DNA from: Octopus sinensis
Taxonomy: Eukaryota
NCBI RefSeq assembly: GCF_006345805.1
Contig: NC_043020.1
Location: 10,044,001 to 10,108,000, forward strand
Direction of reading: 5' to 3'
Length of the DNA: 64,000 nt
Shown here: in pieces, positions 24,515 to 35,163 of the stretch
Position numbering within the stretch: position 1 is the stretch's first letter
Layout of the letters: each line of letters opens with the position of its first letter
Translations under genes and position numbers: made by a program
The notes under the pieces: model-generated
Databases searched by the model: none
What the model was told of the DNA's origin: nothing
What the model saw: only the letters and a program-made list of their open reading frames with translations

Positions 24515-25108
24515 GTTAGTTAGTTAGTTAATTTTTTGGCTCAAAAAGCAAGGCCATGTAGAGTGACATGGAGTTAAGTACAGGGTGGTGTTCATGTAAA
24601 GAGTTCAGGCCACTTGAGGTCAAGGGAAACTTTGAACCGAGCGGTTGTCGGCATCTTCACCATCTCGTCTGGCAACTTATTCCACGGATCCGCAACCCGG
24701 ACGGAGAAAGCCCCTCTCCTTCTATTGAGATGAAATCGTCGCAGATAGAGCTTTTCGGAATGACCCCGCAGCCGACGCTCTGGAGCAGAAGTGAAGAACA
24801 GCTCTTTCGAGAGGTTACACTTTCCGCTTATGATGTTGTGAGCAAGAATGAGATCTCCACGGCGTCGTCGTTTTTCTAGAGAATAAAGGTCGAGCGTCTT
24901 CAGCCTTTCTTCATAAGACAAATTCTTGAGACCAAGAACCATGCGGGTAGCCAGCTTCTGGACTCTTTCGAAATGCTGTAGGTCTTTGAGGAAATATGGA
25001 GAAGAGTCTTGAATCCCGTACTCCAATATGGGTCTCACCAGCATGATATAGAGCAGTAGGAATATGGCTGCTGTGAGCATTCCGAATGTAAACAACTACA
25101 TTAAACAA
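24515..25108 (-). mobile_element. CR1-clade LINE 3' fragment (end of RT ORF)
   Basis: LVRPILEY...LERVQ-like...SYEERLKTLDLYSLEKRRRRGDLI...LRGHSEKL...WNKLP, with a (TAAC)n tail. A + strand copy lies at about 46925-47225. Confidence 0.9.
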
Positions 25109-25564
25109 CTACAGTAAACAGTAACTACATTATGATATGGTGTGTGGCAGAGAGCGCACAGCAGTTCTGCCATCAATGAGGTGAAGGCAGGTTATAATGG
25201 AAACATCTGATGTAAATCTCAACCTAATTTGATGCTAAAGTAGAAGAGATTAAAGTCAAGAGAAACCATACTGAGATATTGTTTACAATCTACCACTGTC
25301 ATTGTTTTCCTTCATTGTCCCACTTCAAAAAGGAATCTTTTCCTTTTGTCTTGTCTTTAATAGGATTTAGTTATCGTTAAAGTGTTTAACAATGTGCTGA
25401 AGTAGTTGGTACCTTGGTGGTGGTGGTGGTGGTGTAATTTTTCAAATAGATCTTTCTCTCCACTTCGGTTGCCTTCATCTCCAGATAAGTAAAACTTTAA
25501 AGAGCTTGCTGGTACTTAGTTTATCAATTGTCTGTGATTGACTTACATGTAGGAGATGTGTGTT

Positions 25565-25598
<34 letters not shown>

Positions 25599-26427
25599 CT
25601 TCTATGTGGGTTTGTGTGTGTGTGTGTGTATATATATATGTGTGTGTGTGTGTGTGTATATATGTGTGTGTGCGTATATATGTGTGTATGTATATATATA
25701 TATGTGTATATATGTGTGTATGTATATATATATGTGTATATATAGTGTGTGTGTGTGTATATATATATGTGTGTGTGTGTATATATATGTGTGTGTATAT
25801 GTATATGTGTGTGTATGTGTCTATGTATGTGTGCATATGTAAATGGTTAGATTAATATGCGTGTGTGTTTTTATAAACATGTATATGCATGTATGTATGT
25901 GTGTGTGTGTATATGCATGTATGTATGTATGTGTGTGTGTGTATATGCATATAAATATGTACATATATACATGTGTGTGCATGTATGTATGTACATGTGT
26001 GCCTGTATGTATACATGTGTATGTGTGTGTGTCTATATGGACTCATACTCCTGCTACAGCTCTTTTCTGAATTTCAATAAAGAATCTTTATTTTCATTTT
26101 AACATAATTTGTAAACAATAAATCCTGTTGTCACAGGTTTCCAGTATTTGCAGTCACTGGTTCACTGCTTTTGAAGTGTTTAAATAAGGCAGAGTAAATA
26201 CTACAAGATGGCTTTTGTTCAAATGTGCCAGTGATGGGTACATCTGCCACCAATGTACATCAACCGAAGATTTATTTATATGTATATATATATATATATA
26301 TCAGTTCCACTGTGTGGCACCTTGGGCAAGTGTCTTCTGTTGTAGCTCAGGCTAACCAAAACCTTGTGAATAAATATGGTAGACGGAAACTGAAAGAAAC
26401 CAGTTATATATATGTTCATACATACAT

Positions 26428-26467
<40 letters not shown>

Positions 26468-26771
26468 ATTATAAATTAGAGACAAAACCACTATTATGCA
26501 AATCAAACAAGTTTGATTTGCATAATAGTGGTTTTGTCTCTAATTATTATAATATAATATAATAGTGGTTTTGTCTCTAATTTATTATAATATAATATTT
26601 TACTATAAAATTGGATTCAATTTTAATCTGATTTTTCCTTGTAAATTTGGATTTATTCCCTAATATTTATTATTATTATATATATATGTATATATATATA
26701 TACCGGAGTAAACACATAAATGTGAAACAAGGTGGAAAAAAAGAGTACTCAAATACCAGTGGTAGAGTAAT

Positions 26772-26934
26772 ATACTTTATTTAAAGCAGCAGAAAATTCA
26801 ACAAAATGTGTTACTCTGAGTTTCTCGTTGTCGTTCATCAGAGAGTTTTTGTTAGAAAAACTGTCTGATGAACGGCAACGAGAAACTCAAAGTAACACAT
26901 TTTGTTGAATTTTCTGCTGCTTTAAATAAAGTAT
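26772..26934. repeat. 79-bp inverted repeat, each arm with a minimal hammerhead-like motif
   Basis: Arms 26772-26850 and 26856-26934 with 3 mismatches and a 5-nt loop. Motif: TGT-CTGATGA-ACGRCAACGA-GAAA-CTC-A-GAG-TA-ACA. Confidence 0.8.
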
Positions 26935-27713
26935 CTCTTATTATAAAAGGCAGATTTTATCTGCCTCCCTTTGTAAGTTATAGAAATCTACAATATAGGA
27001 TTTCTTCAATTACAATTTACCTAGCATTTTTAAGAGTAGAATGCATCGGGTCATGCCAGGTCCAGTTTTTAAAATTTAAACTCCAATTAAGCAAAATTTA
27101 CAGAAAACTCACATTCTGGTGTGTATGTCAAATGCTTTTCTTAGTCTGGTTTACAGCACACGCAAACGCACACACACAGTGTGCAACGAATAAAGTGAAA
27201 CTAGATGTAATATTTGTTTCTGTCTATCACGCTGATAGATACATGAGTAAAATGTATGGGAAGCTAACAGATAAGAGTGAGTGAAAATGTTCTTGGAAGA
27301 GAGTAAATTAGCGACAGAGTGATTTGAGGAAGACTAAACTGAAAGTATGAAACAGTGTTTATGTATAAACAGACGACACTTATATAAACCCTTTCGTTAC
27401 CAAACCGCCCAAATTTACCTATTCATATTTAAATGAGAATATCAGAGTAAATCTCTTTAGTACATTCGTGAAAACACGTATTATACTTCATAAACACTTC
27501 AAATACAGTTTTTGTAAAAATCGAAGTGTAATTTTAATTCCGTGAATTATGGGAGATTTTTTTCCGAAATTTGTTCCTATTGTGTTTTCAAAATTTGTAA
27601 TTCTGACAAAAAATGGATATGAATTTCATTATATCAAGCAGCGAGTCAGAATTCGAAGGATTTTCTACTGAAGACCTTCATAAATCTAACTCTATGACTG
27701 AAAAAAAAAAGCA

Positions 27714-28107
27714 TCTTTATATAAGAGTGAAGTTGTGTGTCTGTCCCCTTCGATTTAGATTCGTAACTACTCCCACATTTTGCGGTGCAGTTTAACCAAA
27801 AGTGGGTATCTTATAGTCGTGATTCATATCGAGCCCTTCTGGGTATTAGCGCGCGTCTACGATGAGTCTACGATTTAAAAAAAATTTACCATCATATTTT
27901 TCCATTTTAATGCATTTTTTTCGCTTTTATATAAGGGAAGTAACTCTCTAAAAATATCTACGATGTGTTAACGATTTAAAAAAAAAATTTACCTTAATTT
28001 TTTTCAATTTTTAATGCATTTTTTTGCTATTTTTTGGCGATAACTCTCTAAAAATGCTTATATAGTTATTCCCTTACAACCCGAGCAACGCCGGGCGATA
28101 CTGCTAG
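27714..28107 (+). mobile_element. Non-autonomous Helitron
   Basis: A|TC 5' end, CTAG|T 3' end, GC-rich subterminal hairpin-like CCGAGCAACGCCGGG, no TSD. Related copies at 28501-28659 (3' fragment), 30069-30450(-), 39751-40257(+, with a 5' internal duplication) and 59578-60183(-, tandem). Confidence 0.8.
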
Positions 28108-28142
<35 letters not shown>

Positions 28143-30937
28143 TATATATATGCATGCATGCATGTGTGTATGTATATATTTGTGTATATATATTTGATAT
28201 AATTGTGTGGGTATATAATTGTATGTGTATGTATATATTTGTGTGTGTTTATTTACTTGTGTATATGTATATATGTGTGTGTGTGTGTGCATGTATATAT
28301 TTGTATGTGTGTCTGTGTGTAAGTGTGTGTGTATATATATGTATATATTTATGTGTGTGTATGTGTTTGTCACTGTGCTATCACTTGATAACTGATGTTG
28401 GTGTGTTTACGTCCCCGTAACTTGGCAGTTTAGCAAAAGAGACTGATGGAATAAGTACTAGGCTTACAAAGAATAATTCCTGGGGTCAATTTCTTCGACT
28501 AAAAATTCCCGAAACTTGATACGCCAATTGAATGCCAGCTAGCTGTATGTGATTAGTCAGAGATTTGGACAGTACTCGCGTGTATGTGCGCACTCACGCA
28601 CGCAGCTGTATATGCATGCACTAGTACTATGACCCGGCGTTGCCAGGTCATAGTGCTAGTGTCGTATACAATCACATCATTGAAATTTCAAAGCTACAAG
28701 ATAATGCATGATTAATTCAAAATGTGAATAAATTAGCATTACATTCGACAGAGTAATGTGAAACTTCATCATCATCATCATTTAATGTCCTCCTTTGATG
28801 CTGGTATGGGTTGGATGATTTGAAAGGAGCCAGCCAGGTAGAAGACTACCTCGGGTTACTGTGTCTGTTTTGGCATGGTGTTTATGGCTTGATGCCCTTC
28901 CTAACACCAACCACCCCTCAGAGTGGACTGAGTACTTTTCACATGGCACCAGAATAGGCGAGGTCAGTTTTGATATGGTTTTTACAGATGCACACCCCTC
29001 CAAATAAATGTCAACCATTTCGTAGTGTGGACTCGATGCTTTTTACATGGCACCAGCAAGGTCGACTCGGAATTTTGAGAGGGGGGGGGGCATTGGAGGA
29101 GGTGATCTTATCTCAGATGATGAAAGGCCAGAGTGTGACAGAGAGGCAGAAACGGGTGTCTTGCTGTAGAGGGGGTACATGGTTACCCAGGAAGAGAAAG
29201 GGGTTGAGAGAGGTAACAAGAAAGATGACAGAAACAGGTATGCTGATGTAAAAAAGATGCTTGGTTACCTAGCCAGAGGGAAGAGCAAAAGAAGGGTTAA
29301 TGTATTTTACTCTCTTTTACTCGTTTCAGTCATTTGACTGCGGCCATGCTGGAGCACCACCTTTAATTGAGCAACTCGACCCCGGGACTTATTCTTTGTA
29401 AGCCCAGTACTTATTCTATCGGTCTCTTTTGCTGAACCGCTAAATGACGGGGACACACTAGCATCGGTTGTCAAGCAATGCTGGGGGACAAACACAGACA
29501 CACAAACACATACACACACATACATATATATATATACATATATACGACGGGCTTCTTTCAGTTTCCGTCTGCCAAATCCACTCACAAGGCTTTGGTCGGC
29601 CCGAGGCTATAGTAGAAGACACTTGCCCAAGGTGCCACGCAGTGGGACTGAACCCGGAACCATGTGGTTGGTAAACAAGCTACTTACCACACAGCCACTC
29701 CTGCGCCTATTTAGTTACATTCTTCTAACCATGTGAGTTCAAATCCTAATGAGGTTGACCATGGCCTTCTTCCTTAACATACAGCGAGGGACAGAGCTAG
29801 AATTAAAGTACCAGTCATATATTGGGATTAATTCAAGCAACTACATCCATCTCCCAAAGATTGGAGACTTCATGCTCATTGTTCCGCACTGTTATTGATA
29901 TGTGTTGTGTATTGTTAGCTGTTAATTAACGTCTCTTTATTAGTGCTTCTGTTCATTAATCTCGTTAATGCTTTAATTCAATATAAACCTCTACGCTCTT
30001 ATTGTTCATTGTGTTCCTTTCTGTATTGCCTTTGTATACTGCTTCCAGTAAAAGAAATTTATTATTAACTAGCAGTATCGCCCGGCGTTGCTCAGGTTTG
30101 TAAGGGAAATAACTATAAAGCATTTTTAGAGAGTTATAGCCAAAAGTAGCAAAAAAATGGGAAAAAAATGATGGTAAATTTTTTGGGGGGAGTTAAAAAA
30201 GGTGGAGTTGCGTCCCCTAGACGGTTTGTGTTTCTGATTCTCGACCCCATGTCGAATTTATCGATTTTTTTCAGAACTGGGGGAACTTTTCAAAATTTTC
30301 GCTGCGTTAGTTTTGAATTATGACATTGGGCTATGTGTGTGTCAAGTTTCATCAGAATCGGTTGAAAGCCGTGGTCAGGGTGAGGGTACAACCAAACAGA
30401 CACACAGAAACACACACACAGACAAACTGCCGTTTATATATAGAGAGAGATAAACCTCTACTCTCTTACTGTTCATTGTGTTCCTTTCTATGTTGCCTTT
30501 GTATGCTGCTTTCGGTAAAAGAAATTTATTATTGATAGGGCAGCAAGCTCGCAGAGTCATTAAAGCATCAGAAATAGAAATGCTTTCCGATATTTCTTTC
30601 AACTCGGCACTCTTTCAAAGGTCATGTTTGCCTTTCGTCCTTTCAGGGTCAGTAATAAAAAGCACCAGTTGAGCGCTGGGGTCGATGTAATTGACTAGCC
30701 CCTCCTTCGCAAAATTCCAGGCCTTATGCTGATAAGGCCTTTGTGAGGGACTGGCATGCTAAAGAATATCCCCGACATTTCCAAGGCCAAGGTCAACCTC
30801 ATTAGGATTTGAACTGGGGTCGATGTAATTGACTAGCCCCTCCTTCACAAAATTCCAGGCCTTATGCTGATAAGGTCTTTGTGAGGGACTGCCATGCTAA
30901 AGAATAGCCCCAACATTTCCTCTCTGTGTTGTAAAAG

Positions 30938-31564
30938 CAGGGCTGTGGAGTCGGAGTCGTAAGCAATTAAGGGGCAGCTGGGGCCAGAGTCAGTAAAACT
31001 ATTCCGACTTACAATATCTTTCATCATCATCATCATCATCGTTTAGCGTCCGTTTTCCATGCTAGCATGGGTTGGACAGTTCTACTGGGGTCTGTGAAGC
31101 CAGAAGGCTTCATCAGGCCCAGTCAAATCTGGCAGTGTTTCTATGGCTGGATGCCCTTCCTAACGCCAACCACTCCGTGAGTGTAGTGGGTGCTTTTTAC
31201 GTGCCACCCGCACAGGTGCCAGACAGAGCTGGCAAACGGCCACGAACGGATGGTGCCTTTTATGTGCCACCGGCACGAGGGCCAGGCAAGGCTGGCAACG
31301 GACACGAACGGATGGTGCTTTTTACGTGCCACCGGCACGAGGCCAGTCGGGGCGGCGCTGGCAATGGTCGCGAAACGGAAGGTTCTCTTACATGCCACCG
31401 GCACTGGTAACTCATCTGCAATTTCCAAACCAGTTATAACATATAGGCCTACTCAAAGTACAAGCGCATGCTTTATGTGATATGTAGACCACAATTACTT
31501 TAAGAGGAGTCGGCATCGGAGTCAGAGTCGAGTTGAAGTTTTTTGTTTTGACTCCACAGCCCTG
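30938..31564. mobile_element. hAT MITE containing a family C insertion
   Basis: 15-bp TIR CAGGGCTGTGGAGTC and a perfect 8-bp TSD TGTAAAAG at 30930-30937 and 31565-31572. Confidence 0.9.
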
Positions 31565-32034
31565 TGTAAAAGACAAGTAAAATAAGTTGAGGTAGTATTT
31601 TCACTCCAACACCATAGAACCCTCAACACCAATGACTACCCAAACAGACCCATGGGTTGGAGGGTTGTCGCCTGAGTGACGCAAAGTGGTGGGACCATCC
31701 GCTAGAAGTTGGGAATTGCCTACAAATGGTGACATGCTGTTACCATGACTATGCTTTTAGTAGAAAGAAAATTCTACAGAGACATGGAAAGCGGATGTTA
31801 AACGGTGATGATGAGAGGGGTAGACCTCAATATCATTAGTAATAGAGTGATATATGCATTGAATGACATAGTTATGGAGACTCACATACAGGACTTGAAG
31901 TTTCTGTGTCTGCAAAATAAGGTAAGGGCACCGGGCTTGTGACACATGAAGTGCAACAATCATATTGTTAACTCAGAAACTTAAAGTCCTGTGATTTTCC
32001 ACATGCATATCATTCAATATATATATATAACCAA

Positions 32035-32645
32035 ATCAAAATAGATGAACATCAATGGAATTTGTATCTTTGTGGTACCAGTGCCGGTGGCACATAAGAA
32101 AACCAACCGAACGTGGCCGTAGCCAGTACCGCATCGACTGGCCTCTGTGCTGTGGGCACGTAACAAACACCATCCAATCGTGGCCGTTCGCCAGCCTCGT
32201 CTGGCACCTGTGTCGGTGGCACATAAAAAACACCATCCGAGCGTGGCCGTCTGCCAGCCTCGTCTGGCACCTGTGTCAGTGGCACATAAAAAATACCATC
32301 TGAGCGTGGCCGTTCGCCAGCCTCGTCTGGCACCTGTGTCGGTGGCACATAAAAAATACCATCCGAGCGTGGCCGTCTGCCAGCCTCGTCTGGCACCTGT
32401 GTCAGTGGCACATAAAAAACACCATCCGAGCGTGGCCGTTCACCAGCCTCGTCTGGCACCTGTGTCGGTGGCACATAAAATCACCCACTACACTCTCGGA
32501 GTGGTTGGCGTTAGGAAGGGCATCCAGCTGTAGAAACACTGCCAGATCTGACTGGCCTGGTGCAGCCTTCGGGCTCCCCAGACCCCAGTTGAACCGTCCA
32601 ACCCATGCTAGCATAGAAAGCGGACGTTAAACGATGATGATGATG
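32035..32645 (+). mobile_element. Family C retroposon (5' AAATCGATCAACATCAATGG, ~62-bp internal tandem units, ...GGACGTTAAAC(GAT)n tail)
   Basis: Other copies at about 1115-1325, 6372-6625, 19520-19960(-), 21117-21606(-), 24026-24350(-, TSD TACATT), 31023-31420(-), 35218-35630, 35640-36000(-), 37690-38130(-), 42840-43135, 45750-46310(-), 48240-48430(-), 51040-51315, 52625-53120, 55673-56100, 62445-62910. Confidence 0.85.
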
Positions 32646-33012
32646 ATATATATCATCATCATCCTCATCATTTAATGTTCACTTTTCATGCATTACATTT
32701 AACAGTAAGCTGAATGCTAAAGGATTAAGATAGTACTGTGAATAGCCAGTTTACTATTTTGCTTGTGCGAACCCTGAAAAATCTTATATGGACTCTGATG
32801 AGAACCTCTGCATTAACTACCAAGACTGTACAACAATCTGCTAGTCACGATGGTATCACTAATACACCAAGGCTAAACTACAATCCTCCGGTGTTATGTT
32901 AAAATATTAAGATTTTTAGTGGTACTTACTACACCAATGTGGGTCAACAGTCCAGTAGTGTTTTATCATTATATAAACATTGAATTACTCTTCTTGAGTG
33001 TTATCACATTAA

Positions 33013-33460
33013 CCCTTTCATTACTGTATTTACTTTGAGATGCTCTGTGTTTCTTTCAGTTACTTTAAATATATCAAAGAATTTAGTAAAATATCTTAGT
33101 TATCATTGAGCTAGTGTTAGGAACATAAATTGTGACTAAGGTTTGGTGGAAGATTTTAATTCAGAACTTTTGAAAACAAGACATTTGTAATCAGAGCCAG
33201 AGGCAGTTTTGGCCGGGTGGGTATAAAAAGGGTTAAAAATAAGTGACTTTAACCCTTTTGTTACCCTATTTCTGTTGAGATGCTCTGTGTTTCTTTCAAT
33301 TAATTTTAAATATAACAAAGGATTTAGTAAAATAACTTAGTTATCCTTAAGCTAGTGTTAGAAACATAAATTGTGACTAAGGTTTGGTGGAAGATTTTAA
33401 TTCAAAACTTACGAAAACAAGACATTTGTACTGGTTTCAGCCGGGTTGGTAACGAAAGGG
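33013..33460. mobile_element. Two adjacent piggyBac-type MITEs (33013-33232, 33253-33460)
   Basis: TTAA|CCCTTT...AAAGGG|TTAA termini (the second ends in CTAA). Related ends at 61737-62029 and 62205. Confidence 0.82.
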
Positions 33461-34490
33461 CTAATATACCACTACTGAACCACTGTCCTCTGGTATCATT
33501 AATTCTCTACAAGAGTTAGGCTACACCAAATCTTGTATAATATCTATTTCTTTACTACCCACGAGGGGCTAAACACAGAGAGGACAAACAAGGACAGACA
33601 AACAGATTAAGTCGATTATATCGACCCCAGTACGCAACTGGTACTTATTTAATCGACCCTGAAAGGATGAAAGGCAAAGTCGACCTCGGCGGAATTTGAA
33701 CTCAGAACGTAACGGCAGACGAAATACGGCTACGCATTTCACCTGTCGTGCTAATGTTTCTGCCAGCTCGCCGCCTTAACAGAAATGCCGTTCCCATGCC
33801 GGGAATCGAACCCGGGCCGCCTTGGTGAAAGCCAGGAATCCTAGTATCATTAATTCTCTACAAGATTTAGGCTACACCAAATCTTGTATAATATCTATTT
33901 CTTTACTATCCACAAGGGGCTAAACACAGAGGGGACAAACAAGGACAGACAAACAGATTAAGTCGATTATATCGACCCCAGTGCATAACTGGTACTTAAT
34001 TTATTGACTCCGAAAGGATGAAAGGCAAAGCCGACCTTGGCGGAATTTGAACTCAGAACGTAACGGCAGACGAAATATGGCTACGCATTTCGCCTGGCAT
34101 GCTACGTTTCTGTCAGCTCGCCGCCTTAACAGAAATGCTGTTCCTATGCCGGGAATCGAACCCGGGCCGCCTTGGTGAAAGCCAGGAATCCTAGTATCAT
34201 TAATTCTCTACAAGATTTAGGCTACACCAAATCTTGTATAATATCTATTTCTTTACTATCCACAAGGGGCTAAACACAGAGGGGACAAACAAGGACAGAC
34301 AAACAGATTAAGTCGATTATATCGACCCCAGTGCATAACTGGTACTTAATTTATTGACTCCGAAAGGATGAAAGGCAAAGCCGACCTTGGCGGAATTTGA
34401 ACTCAGAACGTAACGGCAGACGAAATATGGCTACGCATTTCGCCTGGCATGCTACGTTTCTGTCAGCTCGCCGCCTTAACAGAAATGCTG

Positions 34491-34556
34491 TTCCTATGCC
34501 GGGAATCGAACCCTGGCCGCCTTGGTGAAAGCCAGGAATCCTAACCACTAGTCCAC
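34491..34556 (-). pseudogene. tRNA-Glu(TTC)-derived sequence lacking its first ~6 nt; further truncated copies at 33791-33843 and 34141-34193
   Basis: GTGGACTAGTGGTTAGGATTCCTGGCTTTCACCAAGGCGGCCAGGGTTCGATTCCCGGCATAGGAA. Anticodon TTC at 34527-34529. The acceptor stem cannot close and the anticodon stem has a mismatch. Confidence 0.85.
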
Positions 34557-34768
34557 AATCTTGTATAATATCAGCTGTGGTCAGCAAGACTCTAATCAGA
34601 GTCTATAGGGAAACTTCGTGAAGGGGCCCCAGAGAAACTTTGAGTTGATACTTTAATTAGCAATGGCTTCAGTTGTGTGGTTGATTATATTTAGTTGTGC
34701 AGCTATGATAAAATTTGTTCCAGCCATGAATTTACAATCCTCCTTTCCTACACAGTGTACCTAAGACT

Positions 34769-35163
34769 GTGGAGGCGCATTGGCCCGGTGGTTAGTGCAG
34801 CAGACTCGCGGTCGTAGGATCGCGGTTCCGATTCCCAGACCGGGTGTTGTGAGTGTTTATTGAGCGAAAACACCTAAAGCTCCACGAGGCTCCGGCAGGG
34901 GATGGTGGTGATCCCTGCTGTACTCTTTCACCACAACTTTCTCTCTCACTCTTTCTTTCTGTTTCTGTTGTACCTGTATTTGAAGGGGCCGACCTTGTCA
35001 CTCTCTCTGTCACGCTGAATATCCCCAAGAACTACGTTAAGGGTACACGTGTCTGTGGAGTGCTCAGCCACTTACACGTTAATTTCACGAGCAGGCTGTT
35101 CCGTTGATCGGATCAACCGGAATCCTCGTCGTCGTAACCGACGGAGTGCTTCCATCCATCATC
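34769..35163 (+). mobile_element. tRNA-headed SINE family D, full length
   Basis: Head GGAGGCGCATTGGCCCGGTGGTTAG...GGTTCCGATTCCC, (CCAT/CAT)n tail, 10-bp TSD ACCTAAGACT at 34759-34768 and 35164-35173. Confidence 0.8.

Noticed and set aside
32052-32614. Recurrent ORFs such as MPPTQVPDEAG... and MLAWVGRFNWGLG... found many times in the window
   Set aside because: These are incidental frames of family C and the SINEs, varying in frame and stops between copies.
32790-32830. CTGATGAG hammerhead core; also CTGATGA-type cores near 1010, 30346, 50145 and 50936, and CTGAAGG..GAAA near 8297
   Set aside because: No stem II plus GAAA plus closing stems I and III at the right spacing.
34491-34562. Functional tRNA-Glu gene
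   Set aside because: The 5' acceptor strand is missing (the TSD begins there), the anticodon stem has a mismatch, and there is no T-run terminator.
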